Positions 19,657-31,231 of a stretch of DNA of 64,000 nucleotides are shown piece after piece. This stretch comes from an uncultured bacterium (GTDB taxonomy: Bacteria; Chloroflexota; UBA5177; JANWHV01). The notes under the pieces were generated by a model that saw only the letters and a list, made by a program, of their open reading frames with translations, did no database searches and had not been told where the DNA came from. A program made the position numbers and the translations under genes. The stretch spans positions 32,001-96,000 of the forward strand of contig CAWHAE010000008.1 in the NCBI GenBank assembly GCA_963827235.1, read 5' to 3'. Position 1 is the stretch's first letter, and every line of letters starts with the position of its first letter.

Positions 19657-21330
19657 ATGCATCAGACGCAGCAACCGCTTCCCTCCGCCAGCCCTGGGCC
19701 TCGCCGAAGCCGGTTGGGTCGCGAACGGCACGTCATCTCCGTTCTCACACGCCATGGCTTCGGACTGCTTGTCCAGCATAGCCGCCTGCCCATCGTCCGG
19801 CGCGCCGGAGTGCTCGGGCGGCCACAGTCGCTTCGCAACGCTCTGGAGGAGCTCGGCACCACCTTCGTCAAGCTCGGTCAGATTCTGAGCACCCGTCCGG
19901 ACCTGCTGTCCGAAGACTACGTCGAGGCGCTGAGCACCCTGCAGGACTCGCTGGCACCCATCGGCTTCGACGCCGTGAGTGGTGTCGTCGAGAGGGAGCT
20001 CGGTGCTCCGCCGGGCGAGCTTTTTGCCTACTTCGACCCCACTCCTCTGGCTACTGCGTCGATCGGCCAGGTGCACGCGGCCGGCCTGGAGGACGGCACC
20101 AGCCTGGTCGTCAAGGTGCAGAAGCCCGGCATCGCCGCTGAAGTTGAGCTGGATCTGCAGATCATCCACAACTTGTCGCGCCTGGCCGCCTCACGCATCG
20201 ATCTCCCGCTGATCTGGAATCTCGAAGACATCGTCGATCAGTTTTCCGACGGCCTCAGGGAAGAGATCGACTATCTGCACGAGGCGCGCAACGCGGAGCG
20301 GTTCGCGCGCATCGTCGCCCAGGACGCGAATCTGGTCGTCCCTGCCGTGCACTGGGACTTCACGACGCCACGGGTACTCACCTTGGGTCGCATCGACGGC
20401 GTGAAGATCAGCGACCTGGCTGGCATGCAGCGGAACGGCGTCGACCGCCGTCACGTGGCGCGAGCACTCTCCGGATCGGTGCTGCAGCAGGTGTTCGACC
20501 ACGGCTACTTTCATGCCGATCCGCACCCCGGCAACTACCTGATCCGCGGCGACGGCGCGATCGGCATCGTCGACTTCGGCCTGATGGGCTCGCTGGACGA
20601 TGCGACGAGGCGGGAGCTGCTGCTCCTGCTTGCCTCGTGGGTGCGTGAGGACGCGGACGGACTGGCCGACGGACTGATGGCTCTGGGTGTCGCGCGCACC
20701 AGCATGAGGAGCCACGACCTCCGGTCGGACATGCGTCGCGTACTCGGACGCTATCACGATGCTCGCCTCGAGGACATTTCCCTGGGCAAAGTGCTTGCCG
20801 ACGTGTTTCGTTTGGCCCGGCGGCATCACCTGGTGCTTCGAGGAGAACTCGCCTTGATGGCGAAGACGCTGGCCATGCACGAGGGCCTGGGTTCCCGCCT
20901 CGATCCGCAGTTTCACCTGGTAGAAGAGGCTCGGCCCTATGTCGAGAAGGCGATGCGGCGTATGTACCTTCCCAAGCCCGACGGTCATGCTGTGGCGCTT
21001 GGCATCGGTGCCATGCTCGACCTCACGACGTCGTTCCCACAGCGGGCCACGCGCCTGCTGGGACGCCTCGAGCGCGGCGACATCGGCGTGGCAGTGCGTC
21101 CGGAGGGCATGGACCCTGTAATGCGCGACCTGAATCACATGGTCAATCGGCTGTCGGTCACCATACTCGCGGCCGCGTTCATCGTCGGTTTGGCGCTGCT
21201 CCTCCAGGTCGTCGAAACCTCCCACGGGTCGCTGTTCTTGCTCCTGCTGTTTGCTGCCGGCCTCATAGGCGCGGTAGTGCTTGGATTGTGGATTCTCTTT
21301 TCGATGTACAGGGCAGGGCGCTCGCATTGA
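19657..21330 (+). CDS. ABC1/AarF/UbiB-family atypical kinase
   Basis: ELGTTFVKLGQILSTRPDLL, ASIGQVH, VVKVQ, FHADPHPGN, DFG; two C-terminal TM helices. Confidence 0.93.
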   Translation: MHQTQQPLPSASPGPRRSRLGRERHVISVLTRHGFGLLVQHSRLPIVRRAGVLGRPQSLRNALEELGTTFVKLGQILSTRPDLLSEDYVEALSTLQDSLAPIGFDAVSGVVERELGAPPGELFAYFDPTPLATASIGQVHAAGLEDGTSLVVKVQKPGIAAEVELDLQIIHNLSRLAASRIDLPLIWNLEDIVDQFSDGLREEIDYLHEARNAERFARIVAQDANLVVPAVHWDFTTPRVLTLGRIDGVKISDLAGMQRNGVDRRHVARALSGSVLQQVFDHGYFHADPHPGNYLIRGDGAIGIVDFGLMGSLDDATRRELLLLLASWVREDADGLADGLMALGVARTSMRSHDLRSDMRRVLGRYHDARLEDISLGKVLADVFRLARRHHLVLRGELALMAKTLAMHEGLGSRLDPQFHLVEEARPYVEKAMRRMYLPKPDGHAVALGIGAMLDLTTSFPQRATRLLGRLERGDIGVAVRPEGMDPVMRDLNHMVNRLSVTILAAAFIVGLALLLQVVETSHGSLFLLLLFAAGLIGAVVLGLWILFSMYRAGRSH

Positions 21331-21557
21331 TCGCGTCTGCGAGCGGATGGTGCCGGCTCCATCCCGCGGCGGGCATTCTCGGGCGTTGCGCCCAATTTGC
21401 CATCGACGCGGCTCCCTACACGGTGGTGTAATGCCTCTATTGACCGCATGATCACAAACGACTTCGCCCGTGGTCCTGCCTGGGACCGGCCGGCAATCGG
21501 CGTCCGACGCTGGGCGACCGGGCCGCGGACCACCGCGCGAGAAAGGTAGCCTCACAG

Positions 21558-23552
21558 ATGTCGCTAGTGCCCAAAACTCGGCTTCGACACGTCAATCGGT
21601 GGACGCTCGTGGTTGCTCTGTGCATCGCAGCGTTGAGCCTGGTAGGCATAACGGCGCGAGCCCAGAGCTTCGCCGCCCCGGCGAGTGCGGACCGGCAGAG
21701 TGCCGCGCCGGCCGGCCCCTGGAGCGATCTGCTCGCCCGGGCCCACACCGCCGGCCACGTGCGCATCATCGTCACGCTGAGACTGCCATCTTCGCGTACG
21801 ACTGTCACCGCCGAGGTTCGCAAGCCCCAGACATTGCCGGTGTCCGTCGGCACGGCTCGCACCAGTCTGATCGCGAGCCTGCACGGGACCTATGCAAGGG
21901 TGACTGCTGGGCAGACCTGGAGCTTCCCGCTCGTGGCGCTGGACGTGGGCACGACCGCGCTCGGTCGCCTGCGTGCCTCCCCCCTGGTGGCAGCAGTGGA
22001 AGCCGACGGATCGCTCCAGCCCGCCGATACCGGCAGCAATACCGCGATCGGCGCGCCGCAAGCCTGGGGCGCCGGGTACATGGGCGCCAATCAGACGATT
22101 GCCGTGCTGGACACGGGACTGCAGGAGAATCCCTCGATCCTTGGTTCGCGTCTCGTGGGGGAGGCATGCTTCTCGGGTGGGGGCCTGCCGTCCCAGAGCC
22201 TCTGTCCGAACGGGCAGGTTACCGACACGGGCGCCGGCTCGGCGGTTGCCTGTACGCTCATCCTGTCGTGCGCTCACGGGACCGGCATGATCGACATTGC
22301 AGCCGGCGATAGCACATCGTCGGGCGGCGCGAGCTTCCAGGGCGTCGCACCACAGGCTCAGGTCCTGGCCGTGCAGGTGTATTCGGTCAGCGGCACCTCG
22401 GAGATCCAGGCCTACGAATCCGACGTGATCAGCGGGCTCAATTGGGTCAGCCAGCAGGGCACGCAGCACAGCATCGCGGCCGTGAACCTGAGCTTTGCCT
22501 CCGTGGGCAGAAGCTTTTCCACCGCCTGCGACGCGCAGGACCCGGCCATGACGGCTGCTATTGCCGCGCTCCGTAGCGAGAACATCGCAACCGTTGTCGC
22601 CTCGGGGAACGAAGGGTCGACGAGCGGTATTGCATTCCCAGCCTGCGTCTCCTCGGCCATCAACGTGGGCGCCGTCGACGACGCCGGCCAGGTAGCCTCG
22701 ATCAGCAATCGTGGTCCCGACTCCATGTTCTGGGCGCCCGGCGTCGACATCGCTGCGGTCGCCTCCGGCAGCGGCTATCTCACCTTCACCGGGACCTCGG
22801 ATTCGGCGGCCATGGTCAGCGGCGCCATAGCCGTGTTGCGTTCCGCCAGGCCCGGCCTGACCGTCGACCAGATCGTGGCAGCGCTGCAGTCGACCGGTAC
22901 TCGCATATCCGACACGGCGAGTGGTACTACGTTGCCCCTGATCCAGCTCGCCGCCGCGATCAGTGCGGTGGGTGGGTCGGCGGCGCTGCTCTCGCCGACC
23001 TCGACGGATACCGTCACCAACACTCCGCTGCCGACCTCCATGCCCACGCAGTCGAGCACCAGCACCAGTACCGCGACGTCCACGGCCACAGGGACCGCGA
23101 CGGGGACTAGCACGCCGACCGATACGGACACCGCGACTGCCACGGAGACCGCCTCGCCGTCGTCGACGGCAACCCGCACGCCGGAGCCAACTAGCACCCA
23201 ACCACCGCGTCTTCAGGTGAGCGCTTCGCCCGTCCGCATTACCGGCAATGGATACACCACGGTGTCGCTGCAGACCGTGCGCGGCGCCAGCGTGAGCGCC
23301 ACTTTCCGCCTCACCGAGCAGAAGCTCGCGCTGGTCGATCAGCGCGGCCAGGGCGTGTGGGTCACGCGGAACGTAACGCTATTCCAAACCTCCGTCACCG
23401 GCTTGGCCGACCGGTTGGGGCGCTTTCAGGGTCGTCTGCACGTCCTGTTCGTCCCTCGGAAGCCGATGGCAGCCACGATTCTGATCGAGGTTCGCTCGGG
23501 TCGCAGCGCGGCCAGCGCCACGGTAAAGGTCACCGTCAATCCAAAGCAGTAG
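21558..23552 (+). CDS. Secreted S8 subtilase with Thr-rich linker and C-terminal beta domain
   Basis: Signal peptide; catalytic triad IAVLDTG, HGT, GTS; oxyanion ASGN. Confidence 0.9.
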   Translation: MSLVPKTRLRHVNRWTLVVALCIAALSLVGITARAQSFAAPASADRQSAAPAGPWSDLLARAHTAGHVRIIVTLRLPSSRTTVTAEVRKPQTLPVSVGTARTSLIASLHGTYARVTAGQTWSFPLVALDVGTTALGRLRASPLVAAVEADGSLQPADTGSNTAIGAPQAWGAGYMGANQTIAVLDTGLQENPSILGSRLVGEACFSGGGLPSQSLCPNGQVTDTGAGSAVACTLILSCAHGTGMIDIAAGDSTSSGGASFQGVAPQAQVLAVQVYSVSGTSEIQAYESDVISGLNWVSQQGTQHSIAAVNLSFASVGRSFSTACDAQDPAMTAAIAALRSENIATVVASGNEGSTSGIAFPACVSSAINVGAVDDAGQVASISNRGPDSMFWAPGVDIAAVASGSGYLTFTGTSDSAAMVSGAIAVLRSARPGLTVDQIVAALQSTGTRISDTASGTTLPLIQLAAAISAVGGSAALLSPTSTDTVTNTPLPTSMPTQSSTSTSTATSTATGTATGTSTPTDTDTATATETASPSSTATRTPEPTSTQPPRLQVSASPVRITGNGYTTVSLQTVRGASVSATFRLTEQKLALVDQRGQGVWVTRNVTLFQTSVTGLADRLGRFQGRLHVLFVPRKPMAATILIEVRSGRSAASATVKVTVNPKQ

Positions 23553-23768
23553 GCTGCGCGCAGGACCATGGCGGACGCTGTGGCCACCTGCGCTCCAGGC
23601 GTTCGACGGCAGGCCGGTTACCCGGATGCTACCTGCCTGGAGTCGCAGTATCGAACCTACCATCCGCGACCCGCTGCGGCGGGTTCCCGGCTTGCTCGTA
23701 CCCTGCCATTCTCGCCGCGTGTGGACGCTCGGCGAGCGCACCGTGCCGCCCATTGAGACGAGACGAAT

Positions 23769-24449
23769 CTAGAGGGCGTAGCCATAGTTCCCGCGCGGCC
23801 CGAGCCAGGCATCGGTGGCGTATCCTCGCTGCTCCCAATAGCCCGTCTGCAGCTCTTTGCTCAGGCTAATGCGGTTGATCCACTTGATGTACTTGAATCC
23901 GTACATGTCGGGTATGACCAGGCGCAGCGGATAACCCTGTTCGGCAGAGAGTGGAGCGCCGTTGAGCCTGTAGCCGAGCAAGACGTCGGGCAAGCGGGCC
24001 TGGGACATACTGAGACTCTCCGTGTAGCTGCCATCAGCCGAGGCAAGCAGCACGTACTTGGCGTCCGGGGTGGGCTGCACCTGGTCCAGAAAGTCGCTGA
24101 GCTTGATCCCTTCCCAGCGACACTGGGGAACCTCCCACCCCGTGACACAGTGAAAATCCTTGATCATGCTCGTGCTCGGCATAGCCAGAAGATCCGCCAC
24201 CTTGTAGGTTGCGGGGTTCCTGACCAGTCCATCGACCGTCAGACTGTAGGTCTTCTCGGTGAGCTGCGGGATTCCACTGGTGGTGTAGATCTGGAAGCCG
24301 TTCACAGAGAACGCTGAGGCCAGAAGATTGAAGCCTGGCAGATGCTTGGTCCCGATCGCTAGCCCGGCTACACCGGCGGCGAGCGCGGCAAGGAATACGT
24401 TGCGACCGATGTGCATCGGTCGCGGTCTTTCTTCGGTACGGTGGTCCAT
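23769..24449 (-). CDS. Molybdopterin-dependent oxidoreductase, copy 2
   Basis: DFHCVTGW, EQGYPLRLVIPDMYGFKYIKWI; collinear with copy 1 at 3824-4528. Confidence 0.9.
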   Translation of the reverse strand: MDHRTEERPRPMHIGRNVFLAALAAGVAGLAIGTKHLPGFNLLASAFSVNGFQIYTTSGIPQLTEKTYSLTVDGLVRNPATYKVADLLAMPSTSMIKDFHCVTGWEVPQCRWEGIKLSDFLDQVQPTPDAKYVLLASADGSYTESLSMSQARLPDVLLGYRLNGAPLSAEQGYPLRLVIPDMYGFKYIKWINRISLSKELQTGYWEQRGYATDAWLGPRGNYGYAL

Positions 24450-24788
24450 GAGCGCTGCTCCACTGTTTGACCGGGTAGCTCGCGCTCCCGAAACGGAGGC
24501 CGCGCGGGCTCGTTGTTGTCTACTTCTACTTCCGACTACGGGCTCGAACGCGTAGCGGATGCATGCCGCGCCCGGCGGCAGCCCGGAAGGTGGGAGCCGT
24601 GGGCGTGCTTCTGGAAGTGCGGCGGACTCAGCGATCGGTGTCTTGGGGCTGCAAGGGCACGCTCGTCCCCGCATAGAGGTCGCCGAGAGCCAGGCGAATG
24701 CCATGGCGCTTTGTGCCGCCCGTGATCATATTGTACTCGTCGCGGGCCGGCGATTGGCTGCAGCGCGGCCCGTGGCCTGACCCGGGGG

Positions 24789-24818
24789 TTGACCGTCGCG
24801 GCCTATCGATGGTACGCT
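24789..24818 (+). promoter_or_regulatory. Putative sigma70 promoter of the ilv-leu operon
   Basis: TTGACC-N18-TACGCT just upstream of the T-box leader. Confidence 0.5.
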
Positions 24819-24874
24819 AATCACCAATCGGGCGCGCTGCACGAATGCTATCGCGCACCTGGGAATTCCCCCTC

Positions 24875-25148
24875 GATTGCGAAGAGTACTAGGTCCCGGG
24901 CAAGGTCTAGAGAGAGCCGGCGGCGCTGGAAGCCGGTGACACCCCGATCCGAACTCGCTTCGCGTTCTGCACTCGCCGTAGCTAGCCGGTATGTGCGGGT
25001 AACAGGGTGGCGGTGGCACGCCGTTATCGTGTAGAGTGGGCCGGTGCCTCGCCGAAGAGGTCCGGTCAACGTGGGGTGGTACCGCGGGCGCCTGTACGGC
25101 AGGTGTGTTCGTCCCCCTTGTCCCAATGAGGACAAGGGGCTTTTTTTT
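24875..25148 (+). promoter_or_regulatory. T-box riboswitch, Leu (CUC) specifier
   Basis: AGAGA box, GCTGGAA loop, GAA-CTC specifier (24954-56), CCGTTATC, T-box GGGGTGGTACCGCG (25073-86), antiterminator partner CGTCCCC. Confidence 0.92.
25113..25148 (+). terminator. T-box intrinsic terminator
   Basis: ccccttgtcc..ggacaagggg followed by T8. Confidence 0.9.
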
Positions 25149-25189
25149 ACCCACTGGGTGAACGTCTGCGACAAGGCCGAGGAGGCGCT

Positions 25190-26890
25190 ATGAAGCTAAG
25201 CGGTGCACGCATTCTCTGTGAATGCTTGATGCGAGAGGGAGTGGACACCATCTTCGGCTATCCGGGTGGTGTGGTTATTCCCCTGTATGACGTATTTCCC
25301 GATTATCCGGGTATCCGGCACATCCTCGTCCGCCACGAACAGGCCGCCGGCCACGCGGCAGAGGGCTACGCCAGGGCGACCGGGAGAGTGGGCGTCTGCC
25401 TGGCCACGTCGGGCCCCGGAGCCACGAACCTGGTCACGGCCATAGCAGACGCCCACATGGACTCGGTGCCGATCGTGGCCATCACCGGCCAGGTGCCCAC
25501 TAGCGGCATCGGCAGGGATTTCTTTCAGGAGATCGACATCACCGGCATTACTCTGCCGATCACCAAGCACAACTATCTCGTGTGGGACGTCGCCGACCTG
25601 GCCAAAGTGATCAAAGAGGCGTTCCACATTGCTGCCACGGGCAGACCGGGACCGGTCCTGATCGACATCCCCAAGGACGTGCTGGTGTCGGAGACGATGT
25701 TCAAGTATCCCGAGACCATCGACCTACCAGGCTACAAGCCTACCCTGGCCGGCAACGGGCGCCAGATCCGCCAGGCGATCAGCGTGATCAAAGAGTCCAA
25801 GCGACCTCTCATCCTTGCCGGGCACGGCGTGGTTGTGTCGCAAGCCACCGAGGAGCTCAGGCAGTTCGCCCGCAGGGCCCAGATCCCGGTCATGGTGACG
25901 CTGCATGGCATCGGCGGTTACCCGTGCTCGGACCCATTGTACTTTGGCATGGTGGGAATGCACGGCCACGCGCACACCAACCTCGCTATTCAGGAGTCGG
26001 ACCTGCTGATCGGGGTCGGCATGCGGTTCGACGATCGGGTGACAGGCAAGATCTCGACCTTCGCACCGCACGCCAAGATCGTGCACATCGACATCGATCC
26101 CGCGGAGATCTCCAAGAACATCAAATGCACCGTTCCCATCGTGGGCGACGTCAAGACGGTGCTCAGCGCGATCAACGCCGAGATGCCTGAGATGGATTGT
26201 CGCGCCTGGCTCGACCAGATCGAGGGCTGGCGCAGCGATCGGCGCGAGCCGCACGCGGCGATGGACGATTCGTCGCCCATTCCGCCGACCATGCCGATCA
26301 GGGAGATCTACCGGCGTACACGCGAGCCCGCGGTCATCGTCGCGGACGTTGGCCAGCACCAGATGTGGGCCGCCCAGGAGTATGCGTACGAGGGCACGGC
26401 CTCGTTTATCAGTTCCGGCGGACTCGGCACCATGGGGTTCTGCATGCCCGCGGCCATGGGCGCCAAGGTCGGCCGGCCGGATGCCTCCGTATGGGCGATC
26501 GCCGGCGACGGCGGCTTCCAGATGACCATTCAGGAGCTCGCCACGATCGCCGAGCACAGGATTCCGATCAAGATCGCGATCATTAATAACGGCTTTCTCG
26601 GCATGGTGCGGCAGTGGCAAGATCTCTTCTACGAGAAGAACTACGTGGCGGTCAAGCTCTACCAGCCGGACTTCGTCAAGATCTGCGAAGCATATGGTAT
26701 CCCCGCGCGGCAGGTCGAGCATCCGCGTGACGTCGGCTCGGCCGTCGACTGGGCACTCGCCATGCAGGGCCCAGTGCTGGTCGATTTCAAGGTGGCGCCG
26801 GAAGAGAATGTCTTCCCCATGATTCCGCCCGGTCTCGGCCTGGGCGACATGGTGGAGGGCAGCCAGCCTAGGACGTTGCAACTGACATGA
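25190..26890 (+). CDS. ilvB: Acetolactate synthase large subunit
   Basis: FGYPGG, RHEQ, TSGPGATN, GQHQMWAAQ, GDGGFQMT..NNGFLGMVRQWQ. Confidence 0.97.
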   Translation: MKLSGARILCECLMREGVDTIFGYPGGVVIPLYDVFPDYPGIRHILVRHEQAAGHAAEGYARATGRVGVCLATSGPGATNLVTAIADAHMDSVPIVAITGQVPTSGIGRDFFQEIDITGITLPITKHNYLVWDVADLAKVIKEAFHIAATGRPGPVLIDIPKDVLVSETMFKYPETIDLPGYKPTLAGNGRQIRQAISVIKESKRPLILAGHGVVVSQATEELRQFARRAQIPVMVTLHGIGGYPCSDPLYFGMVGMHGHAHTNLAIQESDLLIGVGMRFDDRVTGKISTFAPHAKIVHIDIDPAEISKNIKCTVPIVGDVKTVLSAINAEMPEMDCRAWLDQIEGWRSDRREPHAAMDDSSPIPPTMPIREIYRRTREPAVIVADVGQHQMWAAQEYAYEGTASFISSGGLGTMGFCMPAAMGAKVGRPDASVWAIAGDGGFQMTIQELATIAEHRIPIKIAIINNGFLGMVRQWQDLFYEKNYVAVKLYQPDFVKICEAYGIPARQVEHPRDVGSAVDWALAMQGPVLVDFKVAPEENVFPMIPPGLGLGDMVEGSQPRTLQLT

Positions 26891-27397
26891 TTGAGTACTC
26901 ATCGAGGCCTATCTCCGCGCATACGCTGGTCGTGTTGATGCAGGATCACCCCGGCGTGCTCAACCGCGTGTCCAGCCTGCTGCGACAGCGCGGATTCAAC
27001 ATCGAGAGCCTAACGGTGTCGCATTCCGACATTCCCGGTATCTCGCGCATGACGTTGGTCGTCGATGCCAGCACGACCAACGTCGAGCAGGTCAGCAAAC
27101 AGCTCTACAAGCTAATCGAGGTCACCAAGGTCACCGAAGTGACACACGAACCCCACGTGTCGCGCGAGCTGGCACTTATCAAAGTGGCGACATCCAACAA
27201 CAAGCGCTCCGAGGTGCTACAGCTATTCGAGGTATACGGTGCCAACGTGGTCGACGTGGCGGTCGACTCGGCAACCGCCGAGATCGCGAGCACACGGGAC
27301 AGGATCGATTCCTTGATTAGCTGTGATGCGCTCGTTCGGCATCAAGGAGGTCGTGCGTACGGGCATCATCGCCATGGTGCGCGGCACCGCCAACTGA
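26887..27397 (+). CDS. ilvN: Acetolactate synthase small subunit (+1 frameshift near 27320)
   Basis: PGVLNRV..RGFNIESL, RELALIKV; the shifted frame gives FGIKEVVRTGIIAMVRG to TGA 27397. Confidence 0.92.
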
Positions 27398-27472
27398 CGG
27401 CACGTGCGCGCTGCATTGAAGACGGCCCTCCCAGAGACGCTGGGGGCCGGTGAGACCATTCGGAGGGAATGA

Positions 27473-28468
<996 letters not shown>

Positions 28469-28505
28469 GCTGGGTTGGCCAACGCACAATGCCGAGGAGG
28501 ACAGC

Positions 28506-30089
28506 ATGGATCGTGTATTGATCTTCGACACAACCTTGCGTGACGGCGAGCAGGCGCCCGGCGCAACACTCAATGCCGGGCAGAAACTGGAGATCGCTCG
28601 CCAGCTCGCTCGCCTGGGCGTGGACATCATTGAGGCGGGCTTCCCAATCAGCTCTCCGGATGAGTCGGATGCGGTGAAAGCGATTGCCGAGCAGGTTAGG
28701 GAGCCGATTATCTGCGCCCTGGCACGGGCGAAACCTGACGACGTCGACGCGGCGTGGAATGCGATCAAGGGGGCCACGGCATCCGCGCATTCACGTGTTC
28801 ATGTCTACGTCCGACGTGCATCTCGATCACCAGTATAAGAAGTCTCGCGCCGAGGCCCTCGATATCTCGCGGCAGATGGTATTGCGCGCCAAGAGCTACA
28901 CGGACGATATCGAGTTCTCGCCCATGGACGCCACGCGCACCGAGCCCGGCTACCTCTACGAGGTGCTGACCGGCCGTGGTCGAGGCCGGAGCGACCACGC
29001 TCAACATTCCCGATACGGTAGGATACTCCACACCGGTCGAGTACGGCGACATGATCCGCGGCATCGTCGAACACGTGCCGGGGATCCAGAAGTGCGTGCT
29101 CAGCACCCACTGCCACGACGATCTCGGCATGGCGGTGGCGAACTCGCTCACCGGCGTCGTCAATGGAGCTCGTCAGGTGGAGTGCACCATCAACGGCATC
29201 GGCGAGCGTGCAGGCAATGCCGCGCTGGAAGAGGTCGTCATGGCCCTTGCGCACGCGCAAGGACAGCTACGGGCTCGACACGGCGATCGACACCACCCAG
29301 CTGCACAAGACAAGCCGGCTGGTCAGTGCAAGGACCGGCATGGTTGTGCAGGCGAACAAGGCAATTGTCGGTTCCAACGCCTTCGCTCACGAATCCGGCA
29401 TCCACCAGGACGGTATCCTCAAGGAGCGCCGCACGTACGAGATCATGGATGCCAAGTCCATCGGTCTCTCGGAGAGCAGCCTCGTGCTCGGCAAGCATTC
29501 CGGACGGCACGCGCTCAAGTCCAGGTTGGCGGCTTTGGGCTACGAGCTCTCTGCTGAAGACGTAGGCCGGGTGTTCCTTCGCTTCAAGGACCTGGCGGAC
29601 AAGAAGAAGAACATCGGCGATGCCGACCTCGAGGCGCTGGTCATGGACATGGTGCAGCCGGCCGGCGAGCGCTACCGGCTCAAGTCCGTGCAGGTCGTCT
29701 GCGGCGAGCCCGGTATTCCCACCGCGGCCGTGCGCATCGAAGACTCCGACGGCGAGCTTCACGAGGCGTCGGCGATCGGCAGTGGGCCGGTCGACGCCGT
29801 CTACAAAGCCATCGATCAGATCGTCGGCAACGGCCACACGCTGCAGGAGTTCGTCGTCCAGGCGATTACCGAAGGCATCGACGCCGTCGGCGAGGTCAGC
29901 GTCCGCGTAACCCGAGACGTGGCGAGCGCCGACTCACCGCGGCGCGTGTTTACCGGTCATGGCGTAAACCTGGACATCATCGTGGCGGCAGCGAAGGCCT
30001 ACGTCAACGCCCTCAACAAACTGACGCAAACTCCGGAGGGAGCGGGCATCGTGCAGGATGACTGGCGCACGCCGCTCTTCCAACAGTAA
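28506..30089 (+). CDS. leuA: 2-isopropylmalate synthase (three +1 frameshifts near 28775, 28972, 29247)
   Basis: [54 protein letters not shown], spread over four ORF pieces. Confidence 0.93.
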
Positions 30090-30106
30090 GTCGAGAAGGA
30101 GCCGAG

Positions 30107-31231
30107 GTGACTGTCGAGACGCAGACTGGACCACACGCACGGCGCGCCACGACGAAAGGCTTCGCAATTGTCACCCTGCCCGGCGACGGCATCGGGCCGG
30201 AGGTCGTGGCCGAGGCGCTGAAGGTGCTGCGAGCGCTTCAAGACAAGGGAAGCCTCGTCTTCCAGGCCCGAGAAGCACCCTTCGGCGGCTGCGCGATCGA
30301 CGCCACCGGCGTACCGCTGCCCGAGGAAACGCTGCGTCTGGCCATGGCGGCCGACGCGGTGTTGCTCGGCGCGGTAGGCGGGCCCAAGTGGGACGATCCG
30401 CGAGCAACCGTGCGTCCTGAGCAGGGGCTGCTCGGCTTGCGGAAGCATCTCGGCGTGTTCGCCAACCTGCGGCCGGTTAGGGCGTGGCCGGCTCTGCTCG
30501 ATGCCTCTCCGCTCAAGCGCGAGATCGTGCAGGGCACGGACATGCTCGTCGTCCGCGAGCTTACCGGAGGTCTGTACTTCGGCAGGCCTCGCGGCCGCAA
30601 GATAGGCGCCAGGCACACTCGTGTGGTCGATAGCCTCGTGTACACGAGCCCGGAGATCTTGCGCATCCTGCACGTGGCGTTCAAGCTCGCCCGTGGCAGG
30701 CGCGGGCTGCTGACCTCCGTGGACAAGGCTAACGTCCTGGCCAGCTCCGGGCTCTGGCGAGAGCTGGCCATCTCGGTGGGCCGCGAGTACCCTGACGTCA
30801 CGCTCGAGCACGCCCTGGTCGATTCTACGGCCATGCAAATCGTCAAGACGCCGCGCCGCTTCGACGTGCTGGTCATGGAGAACATGTTCGGCGACATCCT
30901 GAGCGACGAGGCCAGCGTGCTGGCTGGATCGCTCGGCATGTTGCCTTCCGCCAGCCTCGGCGCCGGGGCACGAGGGCTCTACGAACCCATTCATGGCTCG
31001 GCCCCGGATATTGCAGGGCAGTCGGTGGCCAATCCGTTAGGCACAATTCTGTCGGTGGCCATGATGCTGCGCCACTCATTCGCCCTGGAGGAATCAGCGC
31101 GTGCGGTTGAACGTGCGGTCGAGCAGACGCTCGACGCCGGCTTCCGCACGCGCGACATCGCCGCGCCCGGACAACCATTCGTGCACACCGATGAGATGGG
31201 CGATGAAGTGGTGAGGCGATTGGCGACATGA
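30107..31231 (+). CDS. leuB: 3-isopropylmalate dehydrogenase
   Basis: LPGDGIGPEV, VRELTGGLYFG, NMFGDILSDEA, EPIHGSAPDIAG. Confidence 0.97.
   Translation: MTVETQTGPHARRATTKGFAIVTLPGDGIGPEVVAEALKVLRALQDKGSLVFQAREAPFGGCAIDATGVPLPEETLRLAMAADAVLLGAVGGPKWDDPRATVRPEQGLLGLRKHLGVFANLRPVRAWPALLDASPLKREIVQGTDMLVVRELTGGLYFGRPRGRKIGARHTRVVDSLVYTSPEILRILHVAFKLARGRRGLLTSVDKANVLASSGLWRELAISVGREYPDVTLEHALVDSTAMQIVKTPRRFDVLVMENMFGDILSDEASVLAGSLGMLPSASLGAGARGLYEPIHGSAPDIAGQSVANPLGTILSVAMMLRHSFALEESARAVERAVEQTLDAGFRTRDIAAPGQPFVHTDEMGDEVVRRLAT

Noticed and set aside
28770-29250. Programmed frameshifting in leuA
   Set aside because: There are no slippery sites or stimulators, and the indel pattern matches the rest of the window.
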